A stretch of 64,000 nt of DNA from a virus: the IMG/VR virus record IMGVR_UViG_3300031972_002122, positions 1 through 64,000 of that record. The stretch is one strand, 5' to 3'. The position numbers and the translations under genes are program-made. Shown here in pieces: positions 48,313 through 57,383 of this stretch; within the stretch, counting starts at the first letter, position 1; each line of letters begins with the position of its first letter. Under the pieces are notes generated by a model, which was given only the letters and a program-made list of their open reading frames with translations, was not told where the DNA came from and did no database searches.

Positions 48313-50352
48313 ATGGCAGAATCTTTATACAGACGTAGTCCTAAAGATATTTTCACTAAGACTGTTCAAGGTAGGTCTAAATTACTGAACGAGGCTCAAA
48401 CTATTGGTGGTAAATCAATTCAGATGGTTAACCCAGCGTGGATACAGATAACTGGTGTTTGTAACATGTGTAGTGGTAAGGTTGAAGCGATGACACTGCC
48501 TAAAGAAAAGGGAAATTGGGACGATCTGTATAAGATCAATGGACTCAAACCATCTCCAATACTTGAGAATGTAACGATAACGTATGGTGGTGATTGGGGA
48601 CTAGCACAAAAACTTACGGCAAATATAAAATGTTTTGATTTGGACACGTTCGATGCTGTTCGAAAAGCATTCTTAATGCCCGGTAACGAGATTTCCGCTG
48701 AATTTGGATACTCAACGTCTAATCAGTGGAATTCGCCAGAGCAAGAACATAATACTGTTGTTGGATTTAGAGTAGCGGTATTTTCATTTTCTGCTGGCGA
48801 CGATGGGACTTGGATTGGGTCATTCACTGCAGTATCTTCGGCGGAGGCTATAAAATCTATAGACTTGATGCAGGGGTTGTCCGACGATGGGTTAAAGTAT
48901 GACGTTGCTGGGAATATGGAGTCTAAGGAGCGGGTTGAAGTTAAGTCAATTGCGGAATTAGTAGCGTCAGATGCTCAACGTAATGGTTCTGAAAGTTTGA
49001 ACCGTGTAACTGATAGCAAAAGCGGATACGTTATCAGTGATTTTGCCAAATATGACCCTACCGACAGGGATACCATGCAAGCTTCTATGGTTTTGTATAC
49101 ATCGAAGCATTTATATCAGTGGGGTAAAATTAGTGAAGCAGGGGCTTCTATTAGAAGGTATTGGAAACGGTACTGGAATACGTGGGATGAGGCTGAGCAT
49201 ACAATTCATCAAGTGTATGTTACCTTGGGTTATATAGTCGATAGAGTTATAAACGACAAAATAAAAAAATCAGTCGAGTCGGCGATTCTTGGTGATGATC
49301 TTGAAAAATTTAAAAAGTTAAAAATCAGATTTCATAAAGAATTCTCACAGTCTAGGCTTCCACCGCTTGTAGAATCTGGTGATCCACTTTCTGTATTAAT
49401 ATTGGGTGACGGTGTTGGGTATTTTAAGGGAGAGAATGGTCGGGAGATGAGTTTCAATCACCTTAGAGGGCAGGATGAGGGAAAGCAGGAGCATGTTAGA
49501 GCACTCACTGGGTTGGATTTAAGGCTAGATAAAATACTTATCCATCGGGATGTGATGATGGGTGCACTTGGGGATGCTACTGATGAGAAGGTAAATGAGT
49601 CCGAGACAGTTGATCCGAAGGATACACAAGATACCGTCATCAATTTGAATGATTTCTTTAAAAAAATATTTAGCATAATAAAGGAATGTACGGGTGGTGC
49701 CCTAGCACTTAGACTTGTATACGATCCAGATGACGAATCTCGGGAGACGTTATTAGTAGTCGATCAGAACTATGGTGGAGATTCTGAAATTCCTTGCTTT
49801 ATTTTTAATCCAATCGACGGTGATGGGTCGACAATTTCGTGTAACATATCATCGAATGGTGGGTCGGGAGAATATCGAACTTCGATGTATTTAGCTAACT
49901 CTAAGAAGGGTGACGTTGCAGCTCGTATGCGTAATTGTGAACCAGAACTAGATGATGGTCGAAAAGTTAAGCGTGGTAAGGCTGAAGATCGTTATGGGGA
50001 AATTGTGTTATCACCGGGTCACATGCTATCGTACAGTTTCAGCGAAAAACAAATAGATGCACTGAAGGGTGTGATGGTAGACTTAACTAGATATTCGGGA
50101 AAGGCTCATGAACCGTTCGAGAATGTACACTGGCCGGGTATGACAATTGAATTAAAAATACATGGAGCGTGGGGTATTATACCGGGATGCGCTATAATGA
50201 CAACACAGGCACCCGTGGAATGGAGAGTCGGTGGGAAGAATATATATTTCATGGTTACTGAAGTTACTCATAATTTTAATCAATCGGTATGGACTACGGA
50301 TATCCGAGGGATCATGTCATTTTACGATAACCTAACAGAAGTAAAATTATAA
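48313..50352 (+). CDS. Baseplate hub protein (gp27-like)
   Basis: Position after the LysM gene; C-terminal L.IHG..GI.PG......P......F.VTEVTH......WTT.I. Confidence 0.6.
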   Translation: MAESLYRRSPKDIFTKTVQGRSKLLNEAQTIGGKSIQMVNPAWIQITGVCNMCSGKVEAMTLPKEKGNWDDLYKINGLKPSPILENVTITYGGDWGLAQKLTANIKCFDLDTFDAVRKAFLMPGNEISAEFGYSTSNQWNSPEQEHNTVVGFRVAVFSFSAGDDGTWIGSFTAVSSAEAIKSIDLMQGLSDDGLKYDVAGNMESKERVEVKSIAELVASDAQRNGSESLNRVTDSKSGYVISDFAKYDPTDRDTMQASMVLYTSKHLYQWGKISEAGASIRRYWKRYWNTWDEAEHTIHQVYVTLGYIVDRVINDKIKKSVESAILGDDLEKFKKLKIRFHKEFSQSRLPPLVESGDPLSVLILGDGVGYFKGENGREMSFNHLRGQDEGKQEHVRALTGLDLRLDKILIHRDVMMGALGDATDEKVNESETVDPKDTQDTVINLNDFFKKIFSIIKECTGGALALRLVYDPDDESRETLLVVDQNYGGDSEIPCFIFNPIDGDGSTISCNISSNGGSGEYRTSMYLANSKKGDVAARMRNCEPELDDGRKVKRGKAEDRYGEIVLSPGHMLSYSFSEKQIDALKGVMVDLTRYSGKAHEPFENVHWPGMTIELKIHGAWGIIPGCAIMTTQAPVEWRVGGKNIYFMVTEVTHNFNQSVWTTDIRGIMSFYDNLTEVKL

Positions 50353-50918
50353 TGCCACTTAAAAGACCATATTACGCACTACATCAAATTGTATCTGGTA
50401 AATATACTGCTGGAAACGAATTCGTATTATCCGATGGTAGCGATTATATAGGGTCGTACCATATTTTACCAAACACTCAGGTATTTACAATGCCTATTCC
50501 TAAACTTGATAGTGAGGAATTGTTTGCGAAACGAACTGACATCAGTGAGGTGGTGAAGCGATACAATCTGATAACTCAGCAGGACGCTAGTCGTTACGTT
50601 TCCCCTATATCACAGCAACCGATGCCGTCGACTGATGATTATGAATTTGGTGAGATACAACGATTTTTTGTACAGAAACGAAACAATCCTAGAATAACGA
50701 TTATGGAAATCGATGAGCCGCAGTTCAATAAAATCAATCAGACCAATGATCCGGGAATCAACGGCGTAATATGGAACAGCATACTAATACCGTGGGTTAT
50801 ATCTAAAATTCCACCAGAGGATGCTAGCATTATAAATCAACGATCACTAATTACCGCCGAGCGATCGTTTAGATGGATCAGTCGTTATGTTTCAAATTTC
50901 TTGGAATTCTACAAATAA
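50352..50918 (+). CDS. Hypothetical baseplate-region protein
   Basis: YTAGNEF...Y.G.YH, P..DDY..G.I.RFF; ends EFYK. Confidence 0.6.
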   Translation: MPLKRPYYALHQIVSGKYTAGNEFVLSDGSDYIGSYHILPNTQVFTMPIPKLDSEELFAKRTDISEVVKRYNLITQQDASRYVSPISQQPMPSTDDYEFGEIQRFFVQKRNNPRITIMEIDEPQFNKINQTNDPGINGVIWNSILIPWVISKIPPEDASIINQRSLITAERSFRWISRYVSNFLEFYK

Positions 50919-50935
50919 TTTTGCATTTTTGCTAG

Positions 50936-52267
50936 ATGGTGAATCTAATAACGTCTAAAAATGCGAATGACGTATTGTCAAACTTATCACGTGAAACTTT
51001 CTGGGTACCTATCCAGTCCGACTGGACGCTACATCATACACAGAACAGAATCAGTTCGATGTATATCTACGACATTCAGACTGAAAATGAGTATATCGTA
51101 GGGTTCCACTCGGTTGATATGGATAATATTGACTTTGATTGGTTTATGGATCGTCTCCCGAATGGTAGACGTTTCTGTTATAGATTGAGATATCTAAAGA
51201 CGGATACACCATTCGAGGACGCCGACATGTTAGTATGGTATAATACTGGAAAGCCAATAGAGCTTGATCAGGACGCGACCATGATATTCAGAAATTATCA
51301 CAGACGTTATAAGGGCATTAAAAATATAAATGATTGTATACCAATCATGAAAATTCTAGAATATTGTCGGAGTGTTAGAAATAAATTCGTATCGTATGGA
51401 TTAGATTACATTCATGTAAACTCTAAGGGCTATTTATTTTATAATGACGTGTACCTAAAATCGTTACACACAATAGAACTTGCTGGTATTTGTGTAGATA
51501 GTGAATTATTCAACGCTAGGTATAACAAAGATACTGATCCAATTGTATACACGGAATACAACCCATACACACTCACTGGTAGACCTAGTTCTAGATTTGG
51601 TGGGATTAATTTCAACTCATTGAATAAGAAGGATGGGTCACGGGCGATGATCGTTAGTAGGTTCGAAGGTGGGAGACTGTTTGAGATTGATTATGATAGC
51701 TATCACGTTAGACTGATCGGGAATATTATAGGTTTTGAACTACCAGACGGAAACTTACACGAACATTTTGCTAGGATATATTTCGGGAGGGATGATATAA
51801 CACCCGAGTTGTATGAAAAAAGTAAAACGATAACATTCCAGCAACTATATGGTAAAGTTAAGCCAGAATACAGTCATATAGAATTTTTTAAACGAATACA
51901 AGAGTTCATAGATAGTCAGTGGAATGATTACGAAACTGTGGGCTATTTTAGTAGTCCATTGTCTGGTCGTAAATTCAGGGAGGGGTGGTTTGATAGTATG
52001 AATAAATCTAAGATGTTCAATTATATCATACAATGTTTCGAGTCTGAGGTTAATGCTGTAGTGCTTAGTGATATTTTACAATATTTATATCAGAGAACCA
52101 GTAAAGTTATTATGTATACGTATGATGCGATAGTAATAGATTACGATCCGTTGGATGGTATTGATGTTATTAGGGGTATTATGAAACGGATGACCAAATT
52201 TGGATATCCAGTACACATACAAGCTGGACTTAATTATAATGATATGATTGATGTTAAAATCGACTAA
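50936..52267 (+). CDS. Reduced family A DNA polymerase-like protein
   Basis: TLTGRPSS, motif A DYDSYHVR, motif B K..TF..LYG, NY.IQ, motif C YTYDA; only 443 aa. Confidence 0.75.
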   Translation: MVNLITSKNANDVLSNLSRETFWVPIQSDWTLHHTQNRISSMYIYDIQTENEYIVGFHSVDMDNIDFDWFMDRLPNGRRFCYRLRYLKTDTPFEDADMLVWYNTGKPIELDQDATMIFRNYHRRYKGIKNINDCIPIMKILEYCRSVRNKFVSYGLDYIHVNSKGYLFYNDVYLKSLHTIELAGICVDSELFNARYNKDTDPIVYTEYNPYTLTGRPSSRFGGINFNSLNKKDGSRAMIVSRFEGGRLFEIDYDSYHVRLIGNIIGFELPDGNLHEHFARIYFGRDDITPELYEKSKTITFQQLYGKVKPEYSHIEFFKRIQEFIDSQWNDYETVGYFSSPLSGRKFREGWFDSMNKSKMFNYIIQCFESEVNAVVLSDILQYLYQRTSKVIMYTYDAIVIDYDPLDGIDVIRGIMKRMTKFGYPVHIQAGLNYNDMIDVKID

Positions 52268-52280
52268 CTCGGGGCTATGA

Positions 52281-52664
52281 ATGGATTCATTGTTATTGTG
52301 CACGTTTGCACACAATTCGGATATAAAGCTAATAACTGACTACATATACCAGAACTACGAACTCGAGCGTGGGTCTATATTTGTTTTCGAGAACGAAGAC
52401 GATCCCGATGAAATGTTTTGTACTTATAATGTAGTGTCCGTTGACCATTTCATCGAAAATACTATAATGATTCATCGTAAAAAGGAATCTAACACGTTAT
52501 ACACTATAAACGCGTTGAATGAGATTATAAAGTTAGCTAATGGTGGCTACCTAGATAAAAATTTCATCGTAGACTGGACACTATACATCAACTCCATGTT
52601 ACTCTCAACAGACCAGTCAGTACGGGTAGTTCCACTCGTTCTAAAACACATCCTCAGAAAATAA
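52281..52664 (+). CDS. Hypothetical protein in the replication block
   Basis: LLCTF...CTYN...HRKKESNTLYTINALN. Confidence 0.7.
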   Translation: MDSLLLCTFAHNSDIKLITDYIYQNYELERGSIFVFENEDDPDEMFCTYNVVSVDHFIENTIMIHRKKESNTLYTINALNEIIKLANGGYLDKNFIVDWTLYINSMLLSTDQSVRVVPLVLKHILRK

Positions 52665-52768
52665 TTGTATTTTTTTTACCTTTTTTCTTGTTAATTCGGA
52701 ATTATAATTGGATATTGCAGCCAATAACGATATTTTATTTTATTTATTAATTAAAACTTGGAATAATT

Positions 52769-53578
52769 ATGGACATTAGTCTTTTGCAATCAAAGTTAAA
52801 AGAGTTGAAATCTCAGAGCGGTGAGCGGAGAATTCTTTGGAAACCGAAGCCGGGCAAGCAGGTAGTTAGAATCGTACCTTATAAGCACAATCCTAACTGG
52901 CCCTTTGTCGAACTGTATTTTCACTACAACATCGCTAGTAAGACGATGATTTCTCCATCTTCATTTGGGAAACGTGATCCTATTAAGGAATTTTCTGAAA
53001 AATTACAATCGACTGGTGATCGTGACGATTGGAAGCATGGTAAACGAATCGAACCTAAGCGACGTACGTATGTGCCAATATTAGTACGTGGTGAGGAGAG
53101 TGAAGGTGTTAAATTTTGGGGATTTGGAACCCAAATTTATGAACAATTGCTCATGAAAATTGACGACCCAGATTGGGGAGATATTACACACCCAATGGAA
53201 GGTAGAGATATTACTGTGATGTTTGAAAAGGCGTCCGGTCCGAATTCCTACCCAAAAACTACGATCGACGTGAAGCCTAATCAAACGGTTGTTACTGAAA
53301 ATCGTGAAGTTTTAGAGTCTATGAAAGATATGCCAGAACTACCTACACTGTGGGATGAACCTTCATATGAAGAGTTAAAGGCTATCTTAGATGAGTATGT
53401 TGAGACTGGTGAGACTGTTCAGGGAAATACTGGTGCGAGTACGAATGCTGAAACTGACACTGCAACTACTGAAGCGGTAGCTACTGGAACTAAACCAGTG
53501 TCAACTGAAAATTCGACGTCTACCAAATCTGACGTTATGGAAGCGTTTGGTTCTTATTTTGACAAAAAAGGATCGTAA
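52769..53578 (+). CDS. Single-stranded DNA-binding protein (gp32-like)
   Basis: WKP..GKQ.VRIVP, ELYFHY, GVKFWGFG..IY, DITHP.EGRDI; acidic/flexible C-terminal tail. Confidence 0.85.
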   Translation: MDISLLQSKLKELKSQSGERRILWKPKPGKQVVRIVPYKHNPNWPFVELYFHYNIASKTMISPSSFGKRDPIKEFSEKLQSTGDRDDWKHGKRIEPKRRTYVPILVRGEESEGVKFWGFGTQIYEQLLMKIDDPDWGDITHPMEGRDITVMFEKASGPNSYPKTTIDVKPNQTVVTENREVLESMKDMPELPTLWDEPSYEELKAILDEYVETGETVQGNTGASTNAETDTATTEAVATGTKPVSTENSTSTKSDVMEAFGSYFDKKGS

Positions 53579-53580
53579 TC

Positions 53581-54765
53581 ATGGCTAGAAAAAAGAAAGC
53601 AACTGGGGTATCGATGGTAGACGTGACCAAGAATGTATCTGCTAGTTTACAGAAGATGTTCAAAAACACGGGCATTAATATTCAGAGTGGTATCACTGCG
53701 GATAGTTCTGCAAATGTAACTACGTGGATACCTACAGGATGTAGACCTTTAGACCTAGCTATTAGTAATTTACCAGACCGCGGGGGTTTTCCTTGCGGTC
53801 GGATTACTATCCTATATGGACCGGAGCAATCAGGTAAGTCATTACTAGCTATGCATGCGATCGCCAATACACAAAAGCTCGGTGGTAAAGCAGTTTACAT
53901 AGACGCCGAGTTTTCAATCCATGAGGAGTTCGCGAAGTCTATAGGAGTAGACCTAACTCAGTTAGATTATCTAGCTGAGAATCAGGCGGAAACGATTATG
54001 GTACTGGTTGAAGGGTATTGTTCAGAATTTAGAAAGAACTTCCCAGATACGCCACTGACGATTGTTGTAGATTCCATCGCTAGTATGGTCACTGAAGACA
54101 ATCTAAAGAATGGTCACAATTCAGTTGGTTATGATACGTCGTTATCTAAACTGTTATCAACTAGCTTGAAAGTGTTGGGTAGAGTTGTATCTGAGCATAA
54201 TGTTGCACTGATATTTACCAATCAGGCTAGGATGAAAATGAATATACAGAATCCTAGAGAGAATCCGTACAAGCCATTTGGCGGTCAGGCAGCACCACAC
54301 TACGCATCGCTGATAATCTTCATGGAGAAATCTTCGAAGATTAAGGGTAAGGTGAAGGGTGAGGAACGGTTGATTGGGAGATCGGCTAGAGTTCGGACTA
54401 TTAAGAATAGGCTAGCACCTCCAGAGGTATCGTTAGTACTCGATATATACTTTGACCGAGGTATCGACGACTTTGAGAGTTGGTACAACATGGTTAAAGC
54501 GTTCGGTAACGTTACGTTTAACGGTGCTTGGATATCTTACACGTCGAAAGACGGTCGTGAATTTAAGGAAAATGGTTGGAATAAGTTTTGTAAAAAAGTT
54601 TTAGAACCAAATCCAGACATAGCTGAAGAAATTTGGTTACATACAGCTAATGAGTTTATCGTCAAGTATAAAAATAGGGACGAGGATACTGAAGGCATGG
54701 AAATTGTTAGGGAGTCTGAATTAGACACACCAGCGAATAAACTGAATAGTGATGGAGGCAAATAG
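53581..54765 (+). CDS. uvsX: RecA/UvsX recombinase
   Basis: TG...LD, G.P.GRIT.LYGPEQSGKS, YIDAE, IVVDSIA, IFTNQ.R, GG.A..HYAS, KNR..PP. Confidence 0.95.
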   Translation: MARKKKATGVSMVDVTKNVSASLQKMFKNTGINIQSGITADSSANVTTWIPTGCRPLDLAISNLPDRGGFPCGRITILYGPEQSGKSLLAMHAIANTQKLGGKAVYIDAEFSIHEEFAKSIGVDLTQLDYLAENQAETIMVLVEGYCSEFRKNFPDTPLTIVVDSIASMVTEDNLKNGHNSVGYDTSLSKLLSTSLKVLGRVVSEHNVALIFTNQARMKMNIQNPRENPYKPFGGQAAPHYASLIIFMEKSSKIKGKVKGEERLIGRSARVRTIKNRLAPPEVSLVLDIYFDRGIDDFESWYNMVKAFGNVTFNGAWISYTSKDGREFKENGWNKFCKKVLEPNPDIAEEIWLHTANEFIVKYKNRDEDTEGMEIVRESELDTPANKLNSDGGK

Positions 54766-55810
54766 ACTCAAGAATCTTTTTTCTAAATTTAAAGAGGAAC
54801 AAGACGCTATTAAGGACAGAAATAGTCGTGTGTTGATCGTGGATGGTTTGAATATGTTTATTCGATCATTCGCGGCATCACCCGCTATGAATGAGCGTGG
54901 TGAGCACATCGGTGGGACAATTGGGTTTATGAAGTCATTCTTCGCTGTTATTAGACGCTTCCGACCAACACGGTGTGTGTTAGTGTTTGATGGGTTAGAT
55001 GGCGGTGCTAGACGTAGAAAGAAGTTTCCAGAATATAAATCTGGACGTAAAAATCGTGACAGATTGAATAGATTTTTTGAACTTGATGGTCATCTAACCG
55101 AAGGTGACTCATTCCAAATTCAGTTCGGTAATCTAGAACAATTACTGAACACGTTACCAATAACCATGATGTCAATCGATTATATAGAAGCGGATGACGT
55201 TATCGGGTATATATCGAAAGAATATTATAGTTATACAGATGTTGGGGATATTATAATTGTGTCCGCCGACAAGGATTTCTTGCAGTTGGTCGATGAGCGT
55301 GTTACCGTTTACAGCCCAATAAAAAAGAAATTATACGATATTGATCTCGTTAAAAAGGAGTTCAACATATCACCAAACAATTATCTCACTTTTAGGACTT
55401 TAACAGGCGATGTGTCTGATAGCATACCCGGTGTCAAGGGTGTTGGGTTAAAAACCCTACTGAAGTATTTTCCAGAGATTATAGAAGGGGACGTCGATCC
55501 ACGGGGAATAGTTCAGTTAGCTAATCAGAAAATCGAGGAGGGTAGTAAGCGCAAGACCTATCAAAATGTGGTCAATGCGGCAGATCAAATTGATGTGAAC
55601 TGGGACTTGATGCAATTATCAAATGTGGATATCCCAGACGCTAAACGGACTATAATACGTAGTATTATGGATGCGGAGGTTTATAAGTTAGATAAGCTTA
55701 GACTTAAGAAGCTTATTTATAAACATGGTCTCAACGACCACATACCACGATTTGATGAATGGATATACTCATCATTAACACAGTTAGACTTATATGCAGA
55801 ATCTGAGTAG
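54749..55810 (+). CDS. 5'-3' exonuclease / flap endonuclease (T4 RNase H-like)
   Basis: LIVDG.N, VFDG, YK.GR, EADDVIG, SADKDFLQL, GD.SD.IPGVKGVG.KT. Confidence 0.95.
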   Translation: MMEANRLKNLFSKFKEEQDAIKDRNSRVLIVDGLNMFIRSFAASPAMNERGEHIGGTIGFMKSFFAVIRRFRPTRCVLVFDGLDGGARRRKKFPEYKSGRKNRDRLNRFFELDGHLTEGDSFQIQFGNLEQLLNTLPITMMSIDYIEADDVIGYISKEYYSYTDVGDIIIVSADKDFLQLVDERVTVYSPIKKKLYDIDLVKKEFNISPNNYLTFRTLTGDVSDSIPGVKGVGLKTLLKYFPEIIEGDVDPRGIVQLANQKIEEGSKRKTYQNVVNAADQIDVNWDLMQLSNVDIPDAKRTIIRSIMDAEVYKLDKLRLKKLIYKHGLNDHIPRFDEWIYSSLTQLDLYAESE

Positions 55811-57167
55811 ATACGGACATGGTTTTCAAGTAAAGTTATTGGCTTGTTTATTGACTGATGTTCATTTTAGTAGTAGGATTTTTGATATTCTGAGATCGGA
55901 ATATTTCGATTCTGAAGCACTTGCATGGTTATGTGACGTGGTACTTAAGTATTATCAAACATATCACTGTATAGCGACTATGGACGTCCTTAAAGTAGAA
56001 ATTGATAGCATTTCAGATGAAAACTTAAAGGCTGAGGTTGTGAAAGTGCTTCGGGAGTCTTACGGTAGCGTGGAATCTTCCGACTTACAATTTGTGAAGG
56101 AGTCTACAATCGAATTTTGTAGAAATCAGGAATTGCAGTTTGCCATTATGGATTCCGTTGATATGATCAAAACTGGAAATTTTGAAGGTATTAAAAAACG
56201 CGTTGATGAGGCATTAAAAAAGGGTGAAGACACTAACGTTGGGTTGGATTATTTGACGGAGATTGATCTTCGGTATGAAGATATGGCGCGGTCACCTGTT
56301 ACTACTGGTTTTCCTTACGTAGATTTTTTAACTCAAGGCGGATTGTCTGGTGGTGAGCTGGGTATTATTGTCGGTCCGGGTGGGTCGGGGAAGTCTTGGG
56401 TACTGGCTACGATGTGTGCCAATGCAATGATCGCAGGGCATAAAACATTATACATAACGTTGGAACTTGGTGAGGCATACGTAGGCGTCAGGATCGATTG
56501 TATATTAACGAGTATTCCGATGAACGAACTTAAAGAGAATCGGGAGATTATTAAGAATAGACTGAAGCGAGTGACTGGTTCACTTAAAATTCAATGGTAC
56601 CCCACTAGAAATTTATCTACAGTTGGGTTGAGATCATTATTAGATCGGATGTCTTTGCTTGGAGAAATGCCCGAGGTTATCTATCTAGATTATGCGGATT
56701 TGATGCGGCTTAGTAGCTCAAAGTCTAAGCGGAAGGATGAAGAGTTGCAGGAATTGTATGAAGAGATACGTGGTATTGGCGGTGAGTACGACATACCAAT
56801 ATGGTCAGCATCTCAAGCTAATAGATCGAGTCATGCTGATGAGGTTGAGTTTGTGGACGCTGGAATGATATCTGAAAGTATGGGAAAGCACTTCACCGCA
56901 GATTTTATGATGTCTATTTTAAGAAAAGAAAAGGATAAAATGTCGGACACTGCCAAATTTCATATTATAAAAAATAGATTTGGGGAGGATGGTGTGACAT
57001 TACTGTCTAAGATGGATACTCAACATGGCGTACTTGAGATTTATAGACCTAATAGTCAGAAGAGCAGAGACTTAGAGGATAAGATAATTGAGAATGAGAC
57101 TAAGCCAGATATTAAGCTGAAGGGGCATTATGAAAAATTCTTCGGCGATCAGGAGGCTAAAGCATGA
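55794..57167 (+). CDS. Replicative DnaB-type helicase (gp41-like)
   Basis: GPGGSGKS Walker A, YITLE, LDYADL, WSASQANR, KNRFG. Confidence 0.95.
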   Translation: MQNLSRYGHGFQVKLLACLLTDVHFSSRIFDILRSEYFDSEALAWLCDVVLKYYQTYHCIATMDVLKVEIDSISDENLKAEVVKVLRESYGSVESSDLQFVKESTIEFCRNQELQFAIMDSVDMIKTGNFEGIKKRVDEALKKGEDTNVGLDYLTEIDLRYEDMARSPVTTGFPYVDFLTQGGLSGGELGIIVGPGGSGKSWVLATMCANAMIAGHKTLYITLELGEAYVGVRIDCILTSIPMNELKENREIIKNRLKRVTGSLKIQWYPTRNLSTVGLRSLLDRMSLLGEMPEVIYLDYADLMRLSSSKSKRKDEELQELYEEIRGIGGEYDIPIWSASQANRSSHADEVEFVDAGMISESMGKHFTADFMMSILRKEKDKMSDTAKFHIIKNRFGEDGVTLLSKMDTQHGVLEIYRPNSQKSRDLEDKIIENETKPDIKLKGHYEKFFGDQEAKA

Positions 57168-57383
57168 TATAACTTAAACCTATTGTTTGTAACGATGAAA
57201 AAATATATGATTTTTTTTACTCAAAACGGAGGTGAAAGGTGTTACTCGTGCATATTTATTAACGAAACGGAGCAATTTCGCTCTGGAAATTTTAACCATA
57301 GAATATTTGAGGGGGGCTATTAATTGGTGTATTTGTATAGATACGCCCCTAAATACTATTATCTAATTTTAAAGGAGAATTTA

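Larger units (their letters stand above)
3702..57260 (+). promoter_or_regulatory. Recurrent (A/C)TA(T/C)TTAT(A/T) motif, putative late promoter (dispersed copies)
   Basis: Copies at 3702, 9008, 13332, 16942, 18793, 22319, 29782, 30684, 31693, 35534, 38189, 40070, 40901, 41923, 43081, 57252; variants at 11572, 24642, 25645; all upstream of gene starts. Confidence 0.75.

Noticed and set aside
57168-57383. Cobalamin riboswitch upstream of the B12-dependent RNR
   Set aside because: The conserved GGGAA and GCCACTG B12-box elements are not present
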